Positions 48,016-63,332 of a DNA stretch of 64,000 bases are shown here, piece by piece. The notes beneath the pieces were generated by a model that was not told where the DNA came from, searched no databases, and saw nothing but the letters and a program-made list of their open reading frames with translations. The stretch comes from Escherichia coli (GTDB lineage: Bacteria > Pseudomonadota > Gammaproteobacteria > Enterobacterales > Enterobacteriaceae). The stretch's first letter is position 1; every line of letters begins with the position of its first letter. The DNA is taken from NCBI RefSeq assembly GCF_003334385.1, contig NZ_QOWN01000016.1. One strand, given 5' to 3'. A program made the position numbers and the translations under genes.

Positions 48016-49002
48016 TTACACTACGCCTGCACGCAGTAAATCATGCATATGTAACACACCGAGTAAATGGTCGCCATCGGCAACCATCACGGAGGTGATA
48101 TGGCGGGACTGCATTAAGTTCAGTGCCTCAACGGCCAGAATGCCAGGGCGCACACGTATTCCCCCCGGCGTCATCACATCGGCAATACTTAACTGACGAA
48201 CATCCACGCCCATATCGAAGACACGGCGTAAATCACCGTCGGTAAAGATGCCTTCAATCATCATATTGTCATCGCAAATGACAGTCATACCAAGATTTTT
48301 GCGGGTAACTTCCAGCAACGCGTCACGCAGACTGGCCGTTTTCTTAACATGCGGGATCTCATCGCCCGTATGCATAATATCGTTTACGCGCAGCAGAAGT
48401 TTACGACCCAGTGCGCCGCCTGGGTGTGAGAGCGCAAAATCTTCAGCAGTAAAGCCGCGTGCTTTTAACAGCGCGACAGCGAGGGCATCGCCCATAACCA
48501 GCGTGGCGGTGGTGCTGCTGGTCGGTGCCAGCCCTAACGGACAGGCTTCTTTCGCTACTTTAACACACAGATGCACATCTGCGGCGCGCGCCATGCTGCT
48601 CTCCGGGCGACCGGTGATGCAGATTAACGGTACGTGAAGACGCTTAAGCACTGGAATTAAGGCCGTGATTTCGCTGGATTCACCAGAGTTAGAGATAGCA
48701 ATCACCACATCCTGTGGGGTAACCATGCCTAAATCACCATGCGCGGCTTCACCAGGATGGACGAAAAATGAAGGTGTACCGGTGCTGGCAAACGTTGCCG
48801 CCATTTTTCGCCCAATATGCCCCGATTTTCCCATCCCCATGACGACAACTTTCCCTTTACACCAGAACATCTTTTCACAGGCAAGCGTGAAATTCTGATT
48901 GATGTATTGATCAAGCTCCGCCAGGCATTCACGTTCAATCGCCAGGACTTCTTTACCTGCTTGCTGAAAGTCAAAACCCGGTTGTAACTCTACGTGCGAC
49001 AT
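48016..49002 (-). CDS. kdsD: D-arabinose-5-phosphate isomerase
   Basis: 328 aa from MSHVELQPGFDFQQAGKEV with SIS and tandem CBS domains; the track ORF is over-extended by 7 codons. Confidence 0.93.
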   Translation of the reverse strand: MSHVELQPGFDFQQAGKEVLAIERECLAELDQYINQNFTLACEKMFWCKGKVVVMGMGKSGHIGRKMAATFASTGTPSFFVHPGEAAHGDLGMVTPQDVVIAISNSGESSEITALIPVLKRLHVPLICITGRPESSMARAADVHLCVKVAKEACPLGLAPTSSTTATLVMGDALAVALLKARGFTAEDFALSHPGGALGRKLLLRVNDIMHTGDEIPHVKKTASLRDALLEVTRKNLGMTVICDDNMMIEGIFTDGDLRRVFDMGVDVRQLSIADVMTPGGIRVRPGILAVEALNLMQSRHITSVMVADGDHLLGVLHMHDLLRAGVV

Positions 49003-49015
49003 AATGCGTTTCCAG

Positions 49016-49993
49016 TTATTCAACGAGTATTGGCGATAACCAGTACAACATCGCCAGCCATACGATAAATCCGCCAGTTAATAATACCCCTACACCACGG
49101 CCCGGTTGCGGGGAGCGCCGCCAGCACAGCAACGCAAAAATAATGCTCACCAGCAACATCACGCTGTAGTCACGACTGTACGCCAGTGGATCAATCTCTC
49201 CTGGCGTTATCAGCGCGGGTAAACCCAACACGATGACAATATTAAAAATGTTTGCGCCAATGATATTTCCGACAGCAATGTCGTTTTCACCTTTGCGAAC
49301 CCCCGCTATTGCGGTTGCCAGTTCCGGCAGGCTGGTTCCGATAGCAATTGCCGTCAGACCCATCGTCAACTCGCTGATGGCAAAGTAATTCGCCAGCACC
49401 GTGGCGTTATCAACCACCATCCGCGTGGCCACTGGCATGATGATAAGCGCAATGCCGAGCCATAAAAACGCGACGGGCAATCCGCCGTCACGCGGCAGCT
49501 CTGCAAGCTGCTCTCTGGTCAGGCTGTCAGTCCCCTGACGTTCAGCCTGACGTGCAAGTTTAACAATGAACAGCAGCCATAGCACAGCCAGAAAGAGGAG
49601 AAAGATACCATCGCTGCGACTAAGTTGTCCGTCATAGAGTACGGAACCGGCCACCACGCTGACCAACAACATTAAGGGTAATTCACGGCGTAGAACATCA
49701 GAATGGACGGTAAAAGGACGAACCAGCGCAGCCAGACCGAGGATCAGCAATATATTGATAATGTTTGAGCCGAGGGCTGTACCAACGGCTAAATCGCGTT
49801 GTTCGTGCAGAGACGCGGCAAGCGAGACGATGACTTCTGGTAACGATGTACCAATACTGACCACCGTCATGCCGATGATCAGCGGCGGGATGCCAAAGGT
49901 TCGGCAAAGAATAGACGCGGCAAAAACCAGGCGGTCGGCACTGTAAACGACCAAAAGTAAACCAACAATTAACAGTGCCGTAGCTAAAAGCAT
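49016..49993 (-). CDS. yrbG: CaCA-family cation antiporter YrbG
   Basis: 325 aa polytopic membrane protein with duplicated GTSLPE alpha-repeats. Confidence 0.9.
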   Translation of the reverse strand: MLLATALLIVGLLLVVYSADRLVFAASILCRTFGIPPLIIGMTVVSIGTSLPEVIVSLAASLHEQRDLAVGTALGSNIINILLILGLAALVRPFTVHSDVLRRELPLMLLVSVVAGSVLYDGQLSRSDGIFLLFLAVLWLLFIVKLARQAERQGTDSLTREQLAELPRDGGLPVAFLWLGIALIIMPVATRMVVDNATVLANYFAISELTMGLTAIAIGTSLPELATAIAGVRKGENDIAVGNIIGANIFNIVIVLGLPALITPGEIDPLAYSRDYSVMLLVSIIFALLCWRRSPQPGRGVGVLLTGGFIVWLAMLYWLSPILVE

Positions 49994-50202
49994 CTAACGT
50001 CCTTTCTTCAGGTATACTCGCCGGTCCGCTGAAGATTTTCAGAAAGCCGTAACGGATGCTTAATTTTGACTTTATGCGGCTAAAAAGTAAAACAAATGCC
50101 AGCTTTCGCTAACCACGGCGGGTAATATTCTGTAAATATGTTGGGTTCAAGGTTAAATTGAGCGCCATGCTTAGAAAATCAACGCAAGACGAAGGGTGAA
50201 TT

Positions 50203-51802
<1,600 letters not shown>

Positions 51803-51806
51803 GTTC

Positions 51807-52358
51807 ATGCAAACGAAAAAAAATGAAATTTGGGTGGGTATCTTTTTATTAGCAGCACTGCTGGCGGCGCTGTTTGTTTGCCTGAAGGCGGCGAACGTGA
51901 CGTCCATACGTACTGAACCGACCTACACGCTTTATGCGACGTTCGATAACATTGGCGGCCTGAAAGCGCGCTCTCCGGTCAGTATTGGTGGCGTTGTTGT
52001 GGGTCGGGTGGCGGATATTACGCTGGACCCGAAAACCTATCTGCCGCGCGTAACGCTGGAAATTGAACAACGTTATAACCACATTCCAGATACCAGTTCG
52101 CTGAGCATTCGTACTTCCGGCCTGCTGGGGGAACAATATCTGGCATTAAACGTCGGTTTTGAAGACCCGGAACTGGGGACTGCTATCCTGAAGGATGGCG
52201 ATACAATTCAGGACACTAAGTCTGCGATGGTGCTGGAAGATCTCATTGGTCAGTTCCTTTACGGTAGTAAAGGCGATGACAATAAGAATAGTGGCGATGC
52301 GCCAGCTGCTGCGCCAGGTAATAATGAAACCACTGAACCTGTGGGTACAACGAAATAA
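51807..52358 (+). CDS. mlaD: MCE-domain phospholipid-binding protein MlaD
   Basis: 183 aa from MQTKKNEIWVGIFLLAALL with an N-terminal transmembrane anchor. Confidence 0.93.
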   Translation: MQTKKNEIWVGIFLLAALLAALFVCLKAANVTSIRTEPTYTLYATFDNIGGLKARSPVSIGGVVVGRVADITLDPKTYLPRVTLEIEQRYNHIPDTSSLSIRTSGLLGEQYLALNVGFEDPELGTAILKDGDTIQDTKSAMVLEDLIGQFLYGSKGDDNKNSGDAPAAAPGNNETTEPVGTTK

Positions 52359-53011
<653 letters not shown>

Positions 53012-53012
<1 letters not shown>

Positions 53013-53305
53013 TGAGCGAGTCACTGAGCTGGATGCAGACGGGTGACACGCTGGCGTTATCCGGAGAGCTGGATCAGGACGTTTTGCTACCGCTTTGGGA
53101 AATGCGTGAGGAAGCGGTGAAGGGGATTACCTGCATCGATCTTAGCCGTGTCTCCCGCGTGGATACGGGGGGACTGGCACTGCTGCTCCATCTTATCGAT
53201 CTGGCGAAAAAGCAGGGCAACAATGTGACGCTTCAGGGGGTAAACGACAAAGTGTATACCCTGGCGAAATTGTATAATTTGCCTGCTGATGTTCTGCCTC
53301 GTTAA
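53012..53305 (+). CDS. mlaB: STAS-domain protein MlaB
   Basis: 97 aa from MSESLSWMQTGDTL; start overlaps the mlaC stop (TAATG); the track ORF starts upstream in the same frame. Confidence 0.9.
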
Positions 53306-53464
53306 ATTTTTTCAGGCCGGATATGGCGTTAACCGCCTGTCCGGCAAACCTGCCTGCAAGTCGAGCCTTGTCTGATTTATCAGCGAGGCTTTTTGCTTAT
53401 TTATGCCAGCGCAACTTTGCTCTAAGATGTTTCGCTGGTTTATTAACTGATGATTGAAGATCCC

Positions 53465-53719
53465 ATGGAAAATAATGAAATTCAGAGCGTGTTGATGAAC
53501 GCTCTCTCCCTCCAGGAAGTCCACGTTTCCGGCGATGGCAGCCACTTTCAGGTTATTGCCGTGGGTGAGTTGTTTGACGGCATGAGTCGGGTTAAAAAAC
53601 AGCAGACGGTCTATGGTCCGCTGATGGAATATATTGCGGATAACCGCATTCATGCTGTGTCGATCAAAGCGTATACCCCTGCGGAGTGGGCGCGCGATCG
53701 CAAACTGAACGGCTTTTGA
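53465..53719 (+). CDS. ibaG: BolA-family acid-stress protein IbaG (YrbA)
   Basis: 84 aa from [14 protein letters not shown]; recognised as IbaG. Confidence 0.9.
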
Positions 53720-53773
53720 GCTATGGGCGATTCGCCGGTAGCGGATATGAATTGTTAACTGAGAACAAACTAA

Positions 53774-55033
<1,260 letters not shown>

Positions 55034-55080
55034 TCGTCTGAGAGCTGGCAGCCCCGTTCGCGGGGCTACCGCCAGACCAC

Positions 55081-55359
55081 TCATTTTTTCGGTTTAGTGT
55101 AGCTACGCATCAACTGCGTTCTGTCGATAAACTCATGGGTCTGCGGATCATGGTAGCGTGATGGCCAGATAACCCAGGGGTCAGTTCCCAGGGCTTTCGC
55201 AATAATCATCTCTCCTTTCGGCCATGGGCGCGATAATGCATTCGCCAGCGTTGAGGAACTCAAACCATTTCTGCGAGATTCCGCCGCCATTGACGTTCCC
55301 TTCTTGCGCAAACCCGCAATGATGTCAGCGGGATGCCAGTCAATGAAATTACTTTCCAT
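55081..55359 (-). CDS. sfsB: Ner-like DNA-binding regulator SfsB (Nlp)
   Basis: 92 aa; recognised as SfsB/Nlp. Confidence 0.9.
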   Translation of the reverse strand: MESNFIDWHPADIIAGLRKKGTSMAAESRRNGLSSSTLANALSRPWPKGEMIIAKALGTDPWVIWPSRYHDPQTHEFIDRTQLMRSYTKPKK

Positions 55360-55552
55360 TTTTCCTCACTCCTTAAGTTAGTCGCTTTCATTCAGAACAC
55401 TTCTTCTGTCGAGTATCACTATACTCCTGATGGCCTATTGCTCTAAAAAGTTCCTGTAAAGAGTGTGAATATTCAGAATATATAAAGATGCACATCCCTA
55501 TTTTTCAGGTGTTATAGAGCTGAATAAGTGTTTTTATGGAACTTACTGGAAC

Positions 55553-55575
55553 CATCCCGCGCGCTGCGCGGGATG
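55553..55575. repeat. Perfect palindrome ATCCCGCGC-gct-GCGCGGGAT just downstream of ispB
   Basis: 9 bp GC-rich arms with a 3 nt spacer, 12 bp beyond the ispB stop; no U-tract on either strand. Confidence 0.6.
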
Positions 55576-55586
55576 AGGGGAGGGGA

Positions 55587-56558
55587 TTAACGATCGCGTT
55601 GAACAGCGATGTGCGCGAGGCCGATGAGTGCTTCTCGCCAAGGGGTGTCCGGGAGCACCTGTAACGCTGCGATGGCTTTGTCTGCTTCTTCCTCGGCACG
55701 CTGACGCGTCCATTCAAGAGATCCACAAGCGTTCATTGCTTCCAGAACCGGTTCCAGAAGATGGCGACCGTTACCCTGTTCGATGGCGGTACGGATCATC
55801 TGTGCCTGTTCTGGTGTGCCATGATGCATCGCATGCAGCAGCGGCAGCGTCGGTTTACCTTCGTTCAGATCGTCGCCGACATTTTTACCTAACTGTTCGC
55901 CATCGGCATTGTAATCGAGTAAATCGTCGATCAACTGGAAAGCAGTGCCGAGATAGCGCCCATAATCCTGCAGGCCTTTCTCCTCCTCCGGCGTACAGCC
56001 AGCCAGAATCCCGGAACACTGCGCGGCAGCCTCAAACAGACGCGCGGTTTTGCTATAGATAACGCGCATGTAGTTTTCTTCAGTGATGTCCGGATCGTTA
56101 ACGTTCATCAGTTGCAGAACTTCACCTTCTGCGATGACGTTTACGGCTTCTGACATGACTTCCAGCACTTTGAGCGAACCGAGGCTGGTCATCATCTGGA
56201 AAGCGCGGGTATAAATAAAATCGCCTACCAGCACGCTGGCGGCATTGCCAAATGCGGCGTTGGCGGTAGCTTTACCCCTGCGCATATCTGATTCATCCAC
56301 AACGTCGTCGTGTAGCAGAGTCGCCGTGTGGATAAACTCGATCAGGGCAGCAATGGTGACATGCGCATTTCCCTCATAGCCAACAGCTCGTGCAGCCAGT
56401 ACAGCAATCATCGGACGAATACGTTTACCGCCGCCGCTGACGATGTAATAGCCTAACTGATTGATCAGTTGGACGTCGGAATTAAGCTGCTCAAGGATTG
56501 CCGCATTAACACCCGCCATATCTTGCGCGGTTAACTCATTGATTTTTTCTAAATTCAT
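55587..56558 (-). CDS. ispB: Octaprenyl diphosphate synthase
   Basis: 323 aa with polyprenyl synthase DDxxD motifs (LLHDDVVDESD, IDDLLD); ATG at 56556-56558. Confidence 0.95.
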   Translation of the reverse strand: MNLEKINELTAQDMAGVNAAILEQLNSDVQLINQLGYYIVSGGGKRIRPMIAVLAARAVGYEGNAHVTIAALIEFIHTATLLHDDVVDESDMRRGKATANAAFGNAASVLVGDFIYTRAFQMMTSLGSLKVLEVMSEAVNVIAEGEVLQLMNVNDPDITEENYMRVIYSKTARLFEAAAQCSGILAGCTPEEEKGLQDYGRYLGTAFQLIDDLLDYNADGEQLGKNVGDDLNEGKPTLPLLHAMHHGTPEQAQMIRTAIEQGNGRHLLEPVLEAMNACGSLEWTRQRAEEEADKAIAALQVLPDTPWREALIGLAHIAVQRDR

Positions 56559-56715
56559 CGCAAAAGCCGGGCTTTTCGCCCCGATTACCTTACTGTGAAC
56601 AAAGGCAACTTAGGGTTTATGGTTAGGAATATAGGGTGATTGTACTGAAAAAATGGCACAGATAAACGTTACCGTACAAGTTGTGTTTTTTTTCTTCGTG
56701 TATTGACTGTAGCAC

Positions 56716-56744
56716 TTGTCAAAGGCGTGCGTTTTGCGTAATAT
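56716..56744 (+). promoter_or_regulatory. Candidate sigma-70 promoter for rplU-rpmA (TTGTCA, 17 bp spacer, TAATAT) with a GC-rich discriminator
   Basis: Near-consensus hexamers with 17 bp spacing about 70 bp upstream of rplU, followed by TCGCGCC. Confidence 0.4.
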
Positions 56745-56780
56745 TCGCGCCCTATTGTGAATATTTATAGCGCACTCTGA

Positions 56781-57406
<626 letters not shown>

Positions 57407-57431
57407 GTTTTTCGCGTCCCGGTAACGGATG

Positions 57432-57461
57432 AAAGCCCCGCAACACGTTGCGGGGCTTTTT
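57432..57461 (+). terminator. Intrinsic terminator after rplU-rpmA
   Basis: AGCCCCGCAAC-acg-TTGCGGGGCT followed by TTTTT. Confidence 0.85.
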
Positions 57462-57532
57462 ACATTCGATAACCGGTAAAAATGCGCATGGTGCGACGTT
57501 AATCCGCAAATGCGCTTTGCAGGGAATACGGT

Positions 57533-58498
57533 ATGAAGCAGCAGGCAGGCATTGGCATTCTTTTGGCGCTCACCACAGCAATTTGCTGGGGGGCGTTGCC
57601 AATCGCAATGAAGCAGGTGCTGGAGGTGATGGAACCTCCGACAATCGTGTTTTACCGTTTCTTGATGGCGAGTATTGGCCTGGGTGCCATTCTTGCGGTG
57701 AAGAAGAGGTTGCCGCCATTACGCGTGTTTCGTAAGCCACTCTGGTTGATTTTGTTGGCAGTGGCGACCGCCGGGCTGTTTGGGAACTTCATCCTGTTCA
57801 GCTCATCCTTGCAATACCTGAGTCCGACCGCTTCGCAGGTGATTGGGCAACTCTCGCCAGTTGGCATGATGGTTGCCAGCGTATTTATCCTCAAAGAGAA
57901 AATGCGCAGCACTCAGGTTGTAGGGGCATTGATGCTCCTGAGCGGCCTGGTGATGTTTTTTAACACCAGTCTGGTCGAGATATTTACAAAGCTCACCGAT
58001 TACACCTGGGGAGTTATCTTTGGGGTCGGTGCGGCGACGGTTTGGGTGAGTTATGGCGTGGCGCAAAAGGTTTTATTGCGTCGGCTGGCCTCACCGCAGA
58101 TCCTGTTTTTACTGTACACTTTATGTACAATTGCGCTCTTCCCTCTGGCAAAGCCTGGAGTGATAGCGCAGCTTAGCCACTGGCAGCTCGCATGTTTAAT
58201 TTTTTGCGGACTGAATACCTTGGTAGGATATGGCGCCCTGGCGGAAGCGATGGCTCGCTGGCAGGCAGCGCAGGTGAGCGCGATCATCACGCTCACCCCA
58301 CTGTTTACGCTGTTTTTTTCAGATCTTTTATCACTGGCCTGGCCCGATTTCTTCGCCAGACCGATGTTAAACCTTTTAGGTTATCTCGGTGCGTTTGTCG
58401 TGGTTGCGGGCGCGATGTATTCCGCCATTGGTCATCGTATTTGGGGCGGATTACGTAAGCATACAACGGTGGTATCGCAACCCCGCGCAGGCGAATGA
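57533..58498 (+). CDS. yhbE: EamA/DMT-family membrane transporter YhbE
   Basis: 321 aa, ten predicted transmembrane segments; lies between rpmA and obgE. Confidence 0.88.
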   Translation: MKQQAGIGILLALTTAICWGALPIAMKQVLEVMEPPTIVFYRFLMASIGLGAILAVKKRLPPLRVFRKPLWLILLAVATAGLFGNFILFSSSLQYLSPTASQVIGQLSPVGMMVASVFILKEKMRSTQVVGALMLLSGLVMFFNTSLVEIFTKLTDYTWGVIFGVGAATVWVSYGVAQKVLLRRLASPQILFLLYTLCTIALFPLAKPGVIAQLSHWQLACLIFCGLNTLVGYGALAEAMARWQAAQVSAIITLTPLFTLFFSDLLSLAWPDFFARPMLNLLGYLGAFVVVAGAMYSAIGHRIWGGLRKHTTVVSQPRAGE

Positions 58499-59686
<1,188 letters not shown>

Positions 59687-59710
59687 TCACTGATGATAAA
59701 CGCCAAATCA

Positions 59711-59808
<98 letters not shown>

Positions 59809-59837
59809 ATAAACAAAGCGCACTTTGTCAATAATCT

Positions 59838-59869
59838 GAAGCCCCGGCCATGTGCCGGGGTTTCTTTTT
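59838..59869 (+). terminator. Intrinsic terminator downstream of obgE, after the REP pair
   Basis: CCCCGGC-catgt-GCCGGGG followed by TTTCTTTTT. Confidence 0.7.
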
Positions 59870-59871
59870 GA

Positions 59872-61305
59872 CTAATTGTTCTGATAAATATCTTTATACA
59901 AACGGCTTTCAAAACGCACTAACGGAATACGGCGATTACGCTGATCCGCAGGTTCTACTGCATAGCCAGAAAGATATTGCACAAACGCCATTCGTTGCCC
60001 GCTCGCTGTGGTAATGAATCCCGCCAGGTTATATACCCCCTGCAACGAACCGGTTTTCGCTGAGACTTTTCCATCCACGCCCGCCTGATGCAGACCTGCA
60101 CGGTACTGCAAAGAGCCGTCATAGCCCGCCAGCGGCAGCATGGAGATAAAGTTAAGTTCATTGTCGTGTTGGACAATGTATTGCAGCACCTGCATCATGG
60201 TGGCGGGGGCAATCAGGTTATGCCGCGAAAGCCCTGAACCATCGGCAATAATGGTGTTTCCAATATCGACACCGGCTTGCTGGCGCAGGATCTGACGCAC
60301 GGCGTCCGACCCGGCCCGCCATGTTCCAGGCACATTGAAGCGCGCATGGCCTATCATGCGGAAAACCGTATCGGCGATCATGTTGTCCGACTTTTTCAGC
60401 ATAATCTTAAGCAGATCGTGCAGCGGGGCCGACTGTTTACTGGCAACTACCGTTCCAGGTTCGTTAACCTGAGTCTGGCGCAGCAGTGTTCCGCTCCAGG
60501 TGATACCCGCCTGTTTTAACTCATCTTTCAGAATTGCACCGGCATAGCTGGCTCCATCCTGCACGGCAAAAGCCAACGGGAGCGGCTCAGAACGTTGTGG
60601 CAGGCATCCCGTCAGCGTAAAGCGGTTCAGGTCGCCTGGCACCACATCCAGTTCGCAGTATTGCGCTTCGGCAGAACCACGGGGGAGGGTGCGTACCTGG
60701 CTGAACATCGTAACGGGGTAATAAGATGCCACGCGTATAAAAGCCATATCACCAGGCTTTGGGGCACTGTAGAGCGAGACGGAGAAACAGTTGCGGTCAA
60801 CTATGGCGGCGGCAGGCGGAGCGCTAAAGCATTGTGTCATGTCATTCCATGGCCAGCCGGGGGCTTTATCGTGGCTGGCGAAAATGGAGGTATCTATCAA
60901 CACATTGCCATCGATTTGGTTGACGCCAGATTTTTTCAAAGTCGCGACCATATTGCGAATATCCTGACGTTTTAACGTCGGATCGGCACCAAATCGCGCC
61001 ACTAAGTCACCCTTAAGTACGCCGTTTTCCACATTGCCTTTGGTTTCAAGCGTCGTGGTAAAACGAAAATCGGGGCCGAGTTGAATCAACGCCGCCAGCG
61101 CAGTAATCACTTTCTGGGTACTGGCAGGCAGCGCCATCTGCTGACTGTGGTAATCAATAGCGGGGGCCGACGCGCCGACTTTTTGCACCATCAGGGCAAG
61201 GTTGGCACCAGCGGGGAGTTGAGTAATGTACTCATCAACATTTGCGGCCTGAACACTGAACGCTATACAGCTGGTCAATCCGATGATAAATCTGGAAAAT
61301 CGCAT
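59872..61305 (-). CDS. dacB: D-alanyl-D-alanine carboxypeptidase/endopeptidase PBP4
   Basis: 477 aa with a signal peptide and STQK active-site motif; recognised as DacB. Confidence 0.95.
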   Translation of the reverse strand: MRFSRFIIGLTSCIAFSVQAANVDEYITQLPAGANLALMVQKVGASAPAIDYHSQQMALPASTQKVITALAALIQLGPDFRFTTTLETKGNVENGVLKGDLVARFGADPTLKRQDIRNMVATLKKSGVNQIDGNVLIDTSIFASHDKAPGWPWNDMTQCFSAPPAAAIVDRNCFSVSLYSAPKPGDMAFIRVASYYPVTMFSQVRTLPRGSAEAQYCELDVVPGDLNRFTLTGCLPQRSEPLPLAFAVQDGASYAGAILKDELKQAGITWSGTLLRQTQVNEPGTVVASKQSAPLHDLLKIMLKKSDNMIADTVFRMIGHARFNVPGTWRAGSDAVRQILRQQAGVDIGNTIIADGSGLSRHNLIAPATMMQVLQYIVQHDNELNFISMLPLAGYDGSLQYRAGLHQAGVDGKVSAKTGSLQGVYNLAGFITTASGQRMAFVQYLSGYAVEPADQRNRRIPLVRFESRLYKDIYQNN

Positions 61306-61414
61306 AATCTCGCGCTAACAACCTGGAATCGAGCCGTCATACTACGGCGCAACGCCCTATAAAGTAAACGATGACCCTTCGGGAACTTCAGGGTAAAATG
61401 ACTATCAAAATGTG

Positions 61415-61448
61415 AATTGTAGCTGACCTGGGACTTGTACCCGGGTCG
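61415..61448 (+). terminator. greA leader intrinsic terminator, which would release a short GraL-type leader RNA
   Basis: Hairpin GACCTGGG-acttgta-CCCGGGTC (one G-U pair) followed by GGTATTTTTTT, about 100 bp upstream of the greA start. Confidence 0.55.
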
Positions 61449-61552
61449 GTATTTTTTTGCTTCTGGCCCCGGTAAGGAGTTATGCCGGGCAGGCCGAACA
61501 GCCGGGGTGGGTGAAGACTTGCCCTATCAGGAATATTCAAGAGGTATAACAA

Positions 61553-62029
<477 letters not shown>

Positions 62030-62072
62030 GAATTACCCAATACTCAAGATGTTGATGTATTGTAAAGAAAGG

Positions 62073-62097
62073 AAAAAGGCCGCTATGCGGCCTTTTA
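62073..62097. terminator. Bidirectional terminator between convergent greA and yhbY
   Basis: AAAAAGGCCGC-atag-CGGCCTTTT. Confidence 0.8.
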
Positions 62098-62184
62098 TCA
62101 ACGAACAGAGCGTGGCATTTTGCTCTCCTGCCTGCGGAAAACCCCTCGTTTTACACAGCAAATGTGTGTAACTTTAGGATAATC

Positions 62185-62478
62185 TTAGCGTGGCAGCGAG
62201 ATTTTACGTTCTTTAGTTGGGCGATAAAGCACCAGCGTTTTACCGATGACCTGTACATTACAGGCGCCGGTTTCGCGCACGATAGCTTCCACGATCAAGG
62301 TTTTAGTTTCGCGATCTTCGGTGGCGATTTTCACCTTGATGAGTTCATGGTGCTCTAACGCTTGTTCAATCTCGGCCAGCACCCCTTCGGTCAAACCATT
62401 ACTGCCAAGCAGAACAACTGGCTTGAGCGGATGTGCCAGACCTTTCAGGTGCTGTTTTTGTTTAGTACTCAGATTCAT
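62185..62478 (-). CDS. yhbY: CRS1/YhbY-type RNA-binding protein (ribosome assembly)
   Basis: 97 aa; recognised as YhbY; divergent from rlmE. Confidence 0.93.
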   Translation of the reverse strand: MNLSTKQKQHLKGLAHPLKPVVLLGSNGLTEGVLAEIEQALEHHELIKVKIATEDRETKTLIVEAIVRETGACNVQVIGKTLVLYRPTKERKISLPR

Positions 62479-62603
62479 CGTATTTTTTGCTTACGTTGGG
62501 ATTGAAAACGGGTCATTCTACCGCCATCTCCCATATATCACCAAATAGGCGCGTAAAAATTTACGCAATTGGTTACGATGAGTTATCCCCATGGGAAAGT
62601 TAA

Positions 62604-63233
62604 ATGACAGGTAAGAAGCGTTCTGCCAGCTCCAGCCGCTGGCTTCAGGAACACTTTAGCGATAAATATGTTCAACAGGCACAGAAAAAGGGGTTACGTT
62701 CCCGTGCCTGGTTTAAACTTGATGAAATACAGCAAAGTGACAAACTCTTTAAACCGGGAATGACGGTTGTCGACCTTGGTGCTGCTCCGGGTGGTTGGTC
62801 ACAATATGTGGTCACCCAAATTGGCGGCAAAGGCCGCATCATCGCTTGCGATCTTTTACCTATGGATCCTATCGTTGGTGTGGACTTTCTTCAGGGCGAT
62901 TTTCGTGATGAACTGGTGATGAAAGCACTGCTGGAGCGCGTTGGCGACAGCAAAGTCCAGGTTGTCATGTCCGATATGGCACCAAACATGAGCGGAACAC
63001 CGGCGGTGGATATCCCCCGTGCCATGTATCTGGTGGAACTGGCGCTAGAAATGTGTCGTGATGTATTAGCGCCAGGTGGCAGTTTTGTAGTGAAGGTGTT
63101 CCAGGGCGAAGGTTTCGATGAGTATCTAAGGGAAATTCGCTCCCTGTTTACGAAGGTCAAAGTTCGTAAGCCGGACTCTTCTCGTGCACGTTCGCGGGAA
63201 GTGTATATTGTAGCGACCGGGCGTAAACCCTAA
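62604..63233 (+). CDS. rlmE: 23S rRNA (U2552 2'-O)-methyltransferase RlmE (FtsJ/RrmJ)
   Basis: 209 aa with SAM-binding motif [11 protein letters not shown]; recognised as RlmE. Confidence 0.96.
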
Positions 63234-63332
63234 CCGGGAGATTTCAGACGAAAGTTTGAAAGATGCTGGATATAGAGTATCCTGACGCTGTTTTTAACAC
63301 AGTTGTAATAAGAGGTTAATCCCTTGAGTGAC

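Noticed and set aside
55048-55072. GCCCCG-ttcg-CGGGGC hairpin between murA and sfsB as an intrinsic terminator.
   Set aside because: No U-tract follows the stem on either strand; it was left uncalled as a terminator and may be a REP-like structure or a factor-dependent site.
62587-62594. CCCCATGG resembling a sigma-32 -10 element upstream of rlmE.
   Set aside because: It lies only about 10 bp before the rlmE start codon and overlaps the RBS, so it cannot serve as the -10 of a promoter for rlmE; any heat-shock promoter must lie further upstream.
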